DNA of 64,000 nt, taken from positions 32,001-96,000 of the IMG/VR virus record IMGVR_UViG_3300028591_000007; one strand, given 5' to 3'. Under the pieces are notes generated by a model, which made no database searches, was not told the DNA's origin, and saw only the letters and a program-made list of their open reading frames with translations. Shown here piece after piece: positions 19,948 through 30,300 of the stretch; positions within the stretch are counted from its first letter, which is position 1; each line of letters opens with the position of its first letter. The position numbers and the translations under genes were made by a program. This stretch comes from a virus (taxonomy: Duplodnaviria > Caudoviricetes).

Positions 19948-20006
19948 TTGCTTGGGTAAGGATTCGAACCCTACCTGTTAAAACATTGCCACTCTGACAC
20001 CAAGCA
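19948..20006 (-). ncRNA. Anticodon-less mini tRNA-like RNA
   Basis: TGCTTGG/CCAAGCA acceptor, CAGAGTGGCAATG D-arm, GTAGGG-TTCGAAT-CCTTAC T-arm, 9 nt in place of the anticodon/variable arm. Confidence 0.65.
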
Positions 20007-20116
20007 ACCCATTACGGTATTCAATTGTTTTTTTTTGTTGTTGTTAAAGACTAACCGATTAAAGCCGGCCTTTTTAATCAATTAGTTGAAATCATTAGAG
20101 AAATTATGAATATCTT

Positions 20117-20563
20117 TTACTGCATTTTATTCAGAATTTTTCTAATTGTTTCAGCCTCGTTCGGATCTCGAGTGTTATTAAGCATATCTTCGAGTTCCAT
20201 TCTTGCATCAGATCCTCTTGAATATGAACGTCTCATGTTTCTACCTGAGTATCCATCATTTCCACTTTCTACAGTATATGTCCCTCTGTAAGAATTACCT
20301 GAATATCTTCGGTCCCACATAGGTTCATTTCTATACATCATATTACCAGAGTATCCATCTCCCATCTGCTCCATGTCCTCGATTTCGTAGATTTTCTTAA
20401 GTGTTGACTTTGTATCTTTTATAATATCCAAGATTTTATAAAGAAGGTCAACATCAGCCGGAGACATAACATTCTTATTTTGATCAAGTCTGTTATTTAT
20501 CTGAGATAATTCTAAAGTGACTCTTTCACACGTTCTGTGAAGTTCTTTTTCCAATTCTGCCAT
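20117..20563 (-). CDS. Conserved-looking hypothetical (helical N-term, R/G/Y/S-rich tail)
   Basis: 148 aa; D.LYK..D.IKD and GYSG repeats; last gene of 20117-23283 block. Confidence 0.7.
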   Translation of the reverse strand: MAELEKELHRTCERVTLELSQINNRLDQNKNVMSPADVDLLYKILDIIKDTKSTLKKIYEIEDMEQMGDGYSGNMMYRNEPMWDRRYSGNSYRGTYTVESGNDGYSGRNMRRSYSRGSDARMELEDMLNNTRDPNEAETIRKILNKMQ

Positions 20564-20585
20564 TTAATTGTTCTCCTTTCTTGGT

Positions 20586-21053
20586 TTAGGCTCGGTCTAT
20601 TACAATATTAGCATTTGAAACTGTGATTGGTTGTGTTGAAATATTTCTTATAGAAATATTAGAACAAGTACAAATATAAGGTACTTGTACAATCACACTA
20701 ACACTAACATTGAATGGTTCGTTTACAGCTGCTGGTGTAACTTCCATAATGGCACTTGAATCTTCTTCACCATCTACAAATAAAGCAAGTGAAATAGTTT
20801 CTACAGTACCATCAGTAGGTATTTCTATATTTGCACCGAAACTTATCAAATAATTACTATTTCTTTTCCAGCACTGACAAACATTCAGGTTCTGTCTAAA
20901 GAAACGATTGACAAGTCTAAATACACCACTACCATCTCTATGATAAATAAATCCTTCAAAGCAAGGTACTGGTGATTCGTTAAATATAACACTAGCGTTC
21001 GCAGCTACAAGCTGGTCGCCACTATTACTATATTCAGCTGACATAACGACCAC
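20586..21053 (-). CDS. Beta-sandwich protein, BclA-C/C1q-TNF-like
   Basis: Q.V.....V.F..HR.GSG.F.L..Y.I.F.ANI pattern, all-beta composition. Confidence 0.5.
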   Translation of the reverse strand: MVVMSAEYSNSGDQLVAANASVIFNESPVPCFEGFIYHRDGSGVFRLVNRFFRQNLNVCQCWKRNSNYLISFGANIEIPTDGTVETISLALFVDGEEDSSAIMEVTPAAVNEPFNVSVSVIVQVPYICTCSNISIRNISTQPITVSNANIVIDRA

Positions 21054-21057
21054 CCCC

Positions 21058-21945
21058 TTAAGCTACGAAACCATTGTTTCCACAACAGCCTCCGCCATTA
21101 TTGCAAGTGAATATAGGGGTCTTACCGTAAACAGGTACAGTATTAATTGGACAGTTATTTAACCTGTTGTATAAGTTATCTACTTCTTGGCTAAATCCCT
21201 GTGCAATAAATGCATTCTGTGCAGTCTGAGATGCTGCAAGGTCTTTCATTGACAAATCCTGACGAAGTCTTGCAATCTCGTCATTCTTTGATTCAACCTG
21301 AGCCTTAACGCCGTCAAGTTCTAACTGACAGAGTTTGTCAAGTATTGCCTGAGTTCCACGCGTCTGCGCATCAATAATATCTCTTGTATTATTAGCATCA
21401 GATGTTCTTGTCATATTCCCTTCAGACTGTACTACATTCTGTATTCCAACAGTCGCTAAGCGATTATCACAACAGCACTGAGCTAACTGAGACTGAAGAT
21501 TCATCAATCCCTGCGTGTTAGCTGTCTGGGATGCGAAACTCCTCTCAAGATCTGAAATCTGGTTTGTATAGAGCTGATTAGCAATTGCATTCTGAGCTCC
21601 ATTCACAGTCGCGTTAACTCCCGCAAACCCGGCACAGAGTGAATTTTGAACATCACCAAATCCTGATACTACACCATTCTGTATTCCATTAATTGTAGTA
21701 TTCAGCATCTGATCTCTGAAACCGTCATTGATCTGGTTAGAATTATTGAGCCAAGGATAAAGGCCATTTGTTCCATTGCCTCCACCAAAGCCGTTTCCAT
21801 TACCCCAACCTCCGAAAAGACCAAAGATCAGAAACAAAATTATCCAGCTACCCCAATCACCATTACCAAAACTACCACAGTTACTATTTCCGTATCCCAT
21901 CATAGGGCTTACAGGCATTACCATGTTATCATTTGTACTAATCAT
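21058..21945 (-). CDS. Membrane-anchored N/Q-rich coiled-coil protein with CCC motif
   Basis: WIILFLIFGLFGG hydrophobic segment, Gly/Asn linker, heptad region, QCCCD. Confidence 0.75.
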   Translation of the reverse strand: MISTNDNMVMPVSPMMGYGNSNCGSFGNGDWGSWIILFLIFGLFGGWGNGNGFGGGNGTNGLYPWLNNSNQINDGFRDQMLNTTINGIQNGVVSGFGDVQNSLCAGFAGVNATVNGAQNAIANQLYTNQISDLERSFASQTANTQGLMNLQSQLAQCCCDNRLATVGIQNVVQSEGNMTRTSDANNTRDIIDAQTRGTQAILDKLCQLELDGVKAQVESKNDEIARLRQDLSMKDLAASQTAQNAFIAQGFSQEVDNLYNRLNNCPINTVPVYGKTPIFTCNNGGGCCGNNGFVA

Positions 21946-22069
21946 AATTAAAATCCTCCATAAGTATTATTTTTTTGTGTTATATATTTAATACCTATTT
22001 TGAATTGTTTTATGAAAAATATTTTTCAGGCCGGCTTAAAACAATTCTCAATAAGTATTGAAACCTAAT

Positions 22070-22270
22070 TTATTGTGAATTGTTAAAAGCTCCAGGGTAC
22101 ATATTCCTAGACTGCTGGTAAGCTTTATTATATTGATCTTGACTAATTTTGCCATTTTGCATTAAATACTGGATAATGGCATTTGGGTCATTCATATTAA
22201 CATTTTGTGGTATATTTATTCCACGCATTTTCATAACTTGAAATAATTGTTGGATCATATTAGCCATCAT
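22070..22270 (-). CDS. Small Q/M/N-rich protein
   Basis: DP..IIQYLMQNGKISQDQYN; overlaps upstream stop. Confidence 0.7.
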   Translation of the reverse strand: MMANMIQQLFQVMKMRGINIPQNVNMNDPNAIIQYLMQNGKISQDQYNKAYQQSRNMYPGAFNNSQ

Positions 22271-22740
22271 TCTCTACCTCCCTTCTTATTATAATTCTTA
22301 TTGAAGTTTGGTTTAGAATTCTGATTAATCAATTCTTTTAATTCTTCTATACTTGTCCTTAATGAACTCATTTCAAGATCATTAGAAGATTTGTATTTCT
22401 CGAATTCTTCTTTGAGAGGATTCTGTTCAGCTTGTGAATTTTCATTTACAGGTTCAACATAATCTTCTCTTTTATAGACAGTAAATACTGGTTTATCATT
22501 TGGAGCAAACCCTAAGGTTTTAGTATAAAAGTATAATCCATTTTGATCTTCAAATACTAAATGATTACCTGGAGCAATTGGCCATCGTTCAGCTTCAGAT
22601 CTATCTCTAGTAAAATTGTAAGTATATGAATTATTATATACTTGGTTTAATTGTTCTTGCCTCTGTTGTGCTTGCATATTCTGATATGGAGGCATCTGAT
22701 ATAAATTATTCTGTGGGTAAAATTGATTTGGATATGTCAT
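22267..22740 (-). CDS. Hypothetical protein, Q/Y/P-rich N-terminus
   Basis: 157 aa; A..WPIAPG....FED....FY.K. Confidence 0.7.
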   Translation of the reverse strand: MTYPNQFYPQNNLYQMPPYQNMQAQQRQEQLNQVYNNSYTYNFTRDRSEAERWPIAPGNHLVFEDQNGLYFYTKTLGFAPNDKPVFTVYKREDYVEPVNENSQAEQNPLKEEFEKYKSSNDLEMSSLRTSIEELKELINQNSKPNFNKNYNKKGGRE

Positions 22741-22886
22741 TCGTTTTCTCCTTTCTTATAAATCCTATCAACACTTTCTAAACAAATTTTTTCTATACTC
22801 ATTGGATAATCACAACCAATAGTACCATCTGGATAATTTGTTAGATGTACACAACCTTCACAAGTTACAGTTTCTTCTTCGTCCAT
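22737..22886 (-). CDS. Small Cys-rich protein (49 aa)
   Basis: Manual translation MDEEETVTCEGCVHL...GCDYP...IC...KGENE; GAAAGGAG RBS; ATGA overlap with next gene. Confidence 0.6.
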   Translation of the reverse strand: MDEEETVTCEGCVHLTNYPDGTIGCDYPMSIEKICLESVDRIYKKGENE

Positions 22887-22905
22887 ATGTTTCTCCTTTC
22901 ATTTT

Positions 22906-23283
22906 TTATATTTTTGTAAAATAGTACAATACTGACATATTACCTGAATCGAACGTATCTATATAGCACGAGTTAACAACTGCTACAGTGTGCCGTCCAT
23001 CTCCTACTATATATACACCACGCGGATGATCTTTAATAAAATCTTTTAAAGTATAACACATTGGACAAGTATCTGGTATTAAGAATCTTTTATAACCTTT
23101 TTTAATTAAGTAATTCCACCAAATTGCGTTAAAGTTACCCCAATTCTTATGTTCATAACCTTCAATCATTAAGTCCAAATACACATCATCCCAACTTCGT
23201 CCAGTAGCTGTTGCGATTGCTCGTATAACACAATCATCAACAAGTATTCCATGAGGGTTTTCATTTAACTGTATATACCCCAA
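22906..23283 (-). CDS. Putative papain-like/C39-like cysteine peptidase fold protein
   Basis: NP....DCVIRAI, H.VAV....IDTFDSG (Cys-His-Asp arrangement). Confidence 0.5.
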   Translation of the reverse strand: MGYIQLNENPHGILVDDCVIRAIATATGRSWDDVYLDLMIEGYEHKNWGNFNAIWWNYLIKKGYKRFLIPDTCPMCYTLKDFIKDHPRGVYIVGDGRHTVAVVNSCYIDTFDSGNMSVLYYFTKI

Positions 23284-23310
23284 TTCACCTGATCACCTCG
23301 ATTCTTTTAA

Positions 23311-23350
23311 AAAGAGCTGACCCTAGAAGAAATTCCTCAGAGCCAGCTCC
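23311..23350 (-). terminator. Intrinsic terminator after tail operon
   Basis: GAGCTGGCTCTGAGGAATTTCTTCTAGGGTCAGCTC followed by TTTT. Confidence 0.7.
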
Positions 23351-23375
23351 AACGGAGAAATAAAAATGTTTTTAG

Positions 23376-24341
23376 TTACATTTCTTGTATAGTTATTGAT
23401 AAAGGACTATACTTGTCATAATGACCAAATATTGGTTGTACCCATGCATTATTATCTATTTTGATAAAGAACTTACCAGTATAGTTAATACGTTGCATGA
23501 CATCAGTACCAATACCAGCTTTAATATCTAGCATATTATTAACAAACACTTGTAAATCTACATATGCAATACCATCACCATTTAACTGTTTACTTTGTTC
23601 AATACGATACATGAAGTCATTATATCGTTCCATAGTAGGAAAAATCATTTCAAATTTTCCAGTAACTTTCTTTCTTGTTACTATCCTATGTGTTTTGTAA
23701 TCAGCATCTTCCCAATCTTCAGTAACATCTTCGGAATTAACATCATATGTCGGAAGTTTAATACAATCTGTAAAGTCGTCCCAACCAATATTTATTTGAT
23801 CACCATTTTGTTCATAGACAGGAAGACAGAATAATGGTCTGTTTAAAGCATAATATTGAAGTTTATATCTTATTCCTTCACCAACTGGATCATGAATCCA
23901 TGGTTTTGTTGGACTAGTACTAGTCTCTTTTCTAAATAACCTAAGCCATGCCCTGGTATACCATAGTGCATGAGGATCTATATTTGGTATTGTAAACCCA
24001 ACGAGATGCATATCTGGAGAGAAACCAAGTATATTACGAAAGGATCTCATAATAACTGATGAACTAGTATTACCATCTGCCCTATATGGTTTTCTCCAGA
24101 AATCTGCTTTAAGAATATTCTCGCCAGTTAATTTGGAATCGGGAGGAACTATATCTTTATGTTCAGCGGTTGCTGCAGAGCCAGGAGTTGTAGTATAGTA
24201 CACTCTTAAACTCTCAGCTTCTTTAAAAACATATGATGATTTGTATTTAAATTGTATTATTCCGCTAAGATCAAATTGCCCGGTTGATGCATTATATGTT
24301 ATATTTCTATTAGAATAATGTATTTCACCTCTTGATGACAT
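23376..24341 (-). CDS. Distal tail (Dit)-like protein
   Basis: Immediately after tape measure; C-term Y.V......W.D.....HR...R.K..G.F motif. Confidence 0.5.
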   Translation of the reverse strand: MSSRGEIHYSNRNITYNASTGQFDLSGIIQFKYKSSYVFKEAESLRVYYTTTPGSAATAEHKDIVPPDSKLTGENILKADFWRKPYRADGNTSSSVIMRSFRNILGFSPDMHLVGFTIPNIDPHALWYTRAWLRLFRKETSTSPTKPWIHDPVGEGIRYKLQYYALNRPLFCLPVYEQNGDQINIGWDDFTDCIKLPTYDVNSEDVTEDWEDADYKTHRIVTRKKVTGKFEMIFPTMERYNDFMYRIEQSKQLNGDGIAYVDLQVFVNNMLDIKAGIGTDVMQRINYTGKFFIKIDNNAWVQPIFGHYDKYSPLSITIQEM

Positions 24342-24362
24342 TAAATATTATTCCTCCTTTCC

Positions 24363-27300
24363 TCAATATGCTAATGGATTTTTACCAGTTTGTCTAAATT
24401 TTTGTCTATTCATATTTACAACAGTTTCATAAATATTATTTGTATCAGCTTCAGTATTAATATTGATATCGATGATGTCACCTTCTGCAACCATTTGCAT
24501 GAATGAATTAACAACAGTAGTTAATGTTGCAACTTTGTTAGACAAATCCGCAAATGAACCATTGTAATTCGGTGTATCATCTTTAAATGAATTAAGAGTA
24601 GCTTGAGCAGTTGGCATAAAATTATTCAATGCTGTGTTTACACCTTTTACTCCATTTTGAATTGATGTATCATCAAGTATAGGAGTAATAGTAGGCTGAA
24701 TAGTATCATCGTCAAGTGAATCTACCATTGCCTGCAAACCAAGTTTAGTAGTATCAGTCATTAAATCTGTTGCATCAGTAAGAGTACTTAACACGCTTGA
24801 TATGTTTTCATCGATACCAATATTAAAACCTTGCATAAAGTAATCCATTATAGAAATCGCTTCAGTCGAAGGAGATTTAATGCCTAATGCCTGACGTATT
24901 GTTTGAATCATATCATATGTTACTTGAGCTGCTTTTAGTTTGCCATCTTTATCAATACTTAGCCAACCTTCATCCATACCAAGTTGGAATAGTCTAAATA
25001 TTTCTTTAGCATCATATTTGAGATTAGTTGAATCCATAAAATCTTTGAAAACACTCATATCTTTATCTGATAAAGTTGAATATTTACCATGGGTTTTGGT
25101 CCAATCTTCTCTAATATCACGAGTAGCAATATCAAAAGTAGCTTTTTCTAATGCTTCAGCTCCTCTTTTTTTAGCTTCAATTAATTCTTTTTCACGTTCT
25201 TCTTCTTTCTTAGCTTCTTCAGCTTCTCTTTCTTTAATACGTTCAAGAGCAGCTTGTTGTTCAGGTGTAGTACTGCCAACATTTAAGAATTTCTTGTCTT
25301 TATCTTTACTAAGTTTATTGGTCGCATTAGTTATAGTATCATCTATTTCTTGTGTATACTCTTGAATCTTCTTTGTTCCAACAATATCACCAAAATATGT
25401 TTCATAGAAATCTTTTTGCGAAAGCCAATGCAATTTCTGATCTTTTGTTAAATCTGTATATTCTTTAGAACTCATAAATTTTATTAAAGAATCATAAGCT
25501 TCTTTTATTTCATCTCTATAAACATTTTTAGCATTTGACCATCTTGCAATTTCAGAAGTATCATTATTAGTATAAGCATTTTGAAGACCATAATAGATTT
25601 CTTGTGCAGTTTCATAAGTTGTAAGATCATCTTTATCTTTTACTTTAATGCCGCCAACACTAATGTCACGCAAATATCCTAATATACTAGTTACTAAGTC
25701 AGTTTGTTGCGTAATATTATAACTTAATAAACCAGTGCTGGGGTCAAAAGCATTACCAAATTTAGTCTTTAAATCTTCAATCTGCTCTCTTGTAAGTTTT
25801 TCTGTTAAAGTATACCCTTCTTTATTTAATAAGCCATCAATTTGTGTACTAATAGTTCGAGCTTTTTCATTTGCTTCTTCTTCAATATAACCTCTACTAG
25901 CAACATAATCATAAAACTTTTGGAATTCTTCAGTAGAACCATTTATTGCGTCAAAAAGAATATGTCCATCAGCATCAATTAATGTACCATATGACTGTAA
26001 TTTTTTCAAAATAACACCTTTGTATTTTTCAAATTCTTCAGTCATTTCTTCGTCAGTAAAATTAACTTTACCTGATTCAAAAGTAAATATTCCTTCATGT
26101 GAATCATTATAATAACTCTTTAAAATATTTTTAAATGTTTCTTCTAATTCAGGCATTAGTATTTCGTTTTGAGCATCTTCTTCTTCACCTTTATAATGAA
26201 CATAACTAGATGATAATAATGCACTTGCATAATCTTCTAATCCTTGCGACAATTCAATAAATGTTACTTCTTTTCCAGAATCGATTTTATCTCTATAATC
26301 TTTGAAAATATTAACAACATCTTCGGCACTTAATGCTATATTCTTATTTTGTGTTGTGGCCAATTTTAGTAAATTAGTAAAATTACTATATTTTCCATTT
26401 ACATCATTTTGACTTAATACTTTATCAAAATAATTAATTAATTCTTGATTACCACTATAAATTTGTTTAGCACGACCTTTACCACTAAGAAAATCTAAAG
26501 CATCTTGTACCCATCCGCCACCAAATGTTAAAACATTACTAATACCCATCATAATGCCTTGTCCAATTTTATCGCCTAAATTACTTGCTTCCTTTTCTAT
26601 ACCACCATCTTTAGTAATATTATTGATAGCTTCTTTAACTTCATCTGGAAGTAATTCTTTTATCTTATCACCAGCATTACTAATAGTTTCGTCAACAATA
26701 CCACCATCACCATTAAATAAATTACCAAGAGTCGAAGCAAAATCTCCATCTATTCCAAAGAAACCAGTAATCTTTCCACCAATATCTGAAAGACCACTAT
26801 CAATCTTTTCTTTAAGATCTGGATTATCAAATGCATCACTTAAACCACCACTAAATATACTACTAAGTGTATCTGCAAAACTACCACCCTTAGCTGATTT
26901 ATTAGCAATTTTTGTTTCAAGTTCAGCAAGCCCTTTAAGTTTTTCGTTTGTCTTAGTAATTTCATCTTTATAATCTGCTTGTGCTTTAGCCCATTCTTGA
27001 GGATTAGTTTGCTGAAGTGATGCATTTTGCTTATTCCAAGCATCCATCAACTTATTACGTTCTTTTATGAGGTCATCATATTTCTTTTGTTCCTCCTCAG
27101 TAAGACCATCATCACCAAGGAATTTACTAAAGAATGAATCAAAAAAACCTTCACCAGCTTTTTCAGCTTCTTCATCAATATCTAAATTATCCCATATGCC
27201 TTTCATGCCTTCTTGGGCTTTCTTAATGGCGTCATCCATACCTTCAGTAAATCCTTCGGCCATATCTGCACCAGCTGATTTATTTTTATTAGTTTCATCT

Positions 27301-30300
27301 CCCATACCATTTATGAAACCTCTAACAACAAATCGACCATTCTCATAGAATACTTTTGAAGGTGAAGCTATACCAAGTTCATCACAGAATGATTCATTGG
27401 TAAGATCTGCCATGCCGACAGCGGTCTTTGTTATAAGACTCTTACTCTGTTTAATACCAAGATTAAGACCTTGTGCTAAATACTTACCATTTTGAGCCAT
27501 TACTTTTGAAGGTGATTTGGTTTTAGATTCTTTCTTCCAACCTTGATTAAATATACTGAAGGTTGTTTCACCAAGACCAAATACATCTTTAAGCATACTT
27601 GCACCAACAGCAACAGCAGCAAAAGCAGCAGCCATTACAGCTAATCCAGCCGCTATTTCTAAAGAAGTCATCATAAAACTATGACCAACTTGTGCAGTAG
27701 CAAATGAGCTAATCATTGTAGTTAATACATAGAAAGGAACAATGATTGCTGCTAAACCGCCAAGTATCTCTGTTAGTTCGGTACCACGTAATAAGTTAAA
27801 TGCTTCAAATATCTTTGGTACTACAAATGCAAGAAGTAATAAATTAGCAGCTAGACCAATAATGGATGCAACAAGACCTTTTATACCGCCATGATGACTA
27901 ACGCCGGCTTTTTGTACTTCTGCCATAGTATGCATCATTATACCGATAATAGCGGCTATTCCAAGCAATGTTGAAGCTATAACTTCCCAAGAAATATTTT
28001 CTAATCTTGCTAATGATGGAATCAATACTAAACCAACTTCACCAAGTATTACTGTTATTAAGAATAATGATGAAAGAATTGTAGCAAATTGTCGTTCATT
28101 TAATTTAATATTTCCAACACTATTTATAAATTTTGAGATAAATAACAATATAAGACCAACTGCAGCTAATGTCGAACCAATAAGTGTAGCTATCATTCCT
28201 ATATAGCCAATTTCTGTTCTAAAAATGCTTCGCATGTATAAAGCTGAAAGTGTTATTTCTCCAACTAATATTAATAATGATATAAATGTTAATTTAAGTA
28301 TATTGAAAGTATTTTCATTATATGATGATGTTGAAACTTTTGTAAAGAATATCGTAAGAGCTGCAAATACTCCACCAATTAATAACAATGTACCTATTAC
28401 AACTGTAGATATAGTTCCAATGTAACCCAAAGTATCAGTATAAGCTAATTTTATAAATATAGCACTTGTTGTTAATAGAAATATTAAACCACCAATTGAT
28501 ATAAATGTCGCTACAATTACAGATAAAATACTATCTATATTAGTCATATAAGCAGTTCTAAATGAATTACTAATTGACTTTATAGCTTTTGATAATATAA
28601 GCATTGACAGTGCTAATATTCCCAATATTGTAACAGCCATAGTTCCAATAACAGTTAATGCATCGCCAATATTACCCTCATACATATATTTTATAGCAGC
28701 TAGCATTCCAACAAATGAAGCTGTTAATACACCAATAAATATTGATAATGTATTTACTAAACGAACAAGATCATTTCTTGCTGTGGCATCATCTTTAGTT
28801 GTTTTAACAATCATTTTGGCAAATACTCCAAAGCCAACCATTATTGCTAAGAAAGTACCAAGAACAAGTAATACTGAACCAACACTTAATTCTTTACCTT
28901 GATCTTCAAATATATGTGACAATACAACAATAGAAGCAATAACGGCTCCCATGGAAAGTATTATTGTTAACCATGTTTTAGCATTTATTCTTCTTAATTC
29001 ACCCATAAGTGAAGATAAACCTTTAAGTATTCTTTCAATTGCAATACCGATTAGTAATGATAATAAACCAAGTGATGCTGCAGAACTTAAAAGACTTGTA
29101 TTATCTATTTTGGATATTTCTTGTAACATAGGTATCATGAAATTTTTAATTACATGTACTATATTACTAAATACTAAACCAGCTGCCAATATCTTTAAAC
29201 TGCCACCTTTTCCATTAGCACCAGCAGTTAATAAATAGAATGACGCACCAATACCAAGTATTGTAGTAACTACCATAAGAACTGCTTGCATGTACTGAGG
29301 AAACTTGTCTACATTTTGAACCAATTCATCTAGCATTGGCATTACTATAAATACTGTAGCAGCAATCATAGCAACAACACCAGCAGCAACTGCTAAACCA
29401 CTTTTAAGATTACCTGATGTTGCTAAAAATCTTGACATTACTATTGTAACAATTGTCATTACAGTGATTAAAGCAACAAGCATACCAAATGCTTCCCAAA
29501 TCAGTCCAGTATCCTTTTTATTAGTCACAAATACACCAGTTAATGTTTTAATAGCTATTGCCAAAAACATTATTGATGCACCAATACCAACAAGTGCTGC
29601 AGCAACAGCAGCCAAATGTTTAACAATACCAGATTTCTTTAATACTTTACCTATTAACCATAATGCACTTACTATTGTTAATATTGGAGCTAGAGTTCCA
29701 AGTATTGTACTAAATAATCGTTCAACATTTAATTTCTTTTCACCAGTCTTTTTTCCGTTTTCATCAACTACATCATCAAATAAACTATTAAATGCTAATC
29801 TAAGTAAGAATATAGCACCTATAGTTGTAATAATAGCTGCTGTTAAACCAAATAACATTCTTGCAGCTGATTCAAGAGGATCTGCTTTGAAAAAGTCCCA
29901 AATGTTTTCAGCACCATGATTAAACTTGGTCATTAATGTTAATGCAGTTAAGAATACACCTAATGCTATAGCAACGCCAAGTAACATATTCTTTAAAGTT
30001 TCAAGATTCTGAGTAGGTAAAAATGATATTGCTGTAAGTACACCAAGTACAAGACCTGCTGCTATTGCAAATTTAAGCAATGAAGTCGATATTGCATTCA
30101 TTGTTTGCGCTTTGAAATAGGTTCCGATCTGTTTGATTGTCTTAGCAGTATTTCTGAATACTTTAAGCAAACCACCTGAACCAATTATCTTTACAATACC
30201 TCTTAATACTTTGAATAATTCAAGAGCTCCAATTGTTTTAATTGATTTACCTATAACTTCCAATATATGAAGAATATCGCCAGTCTTGAATGCTTCACCT

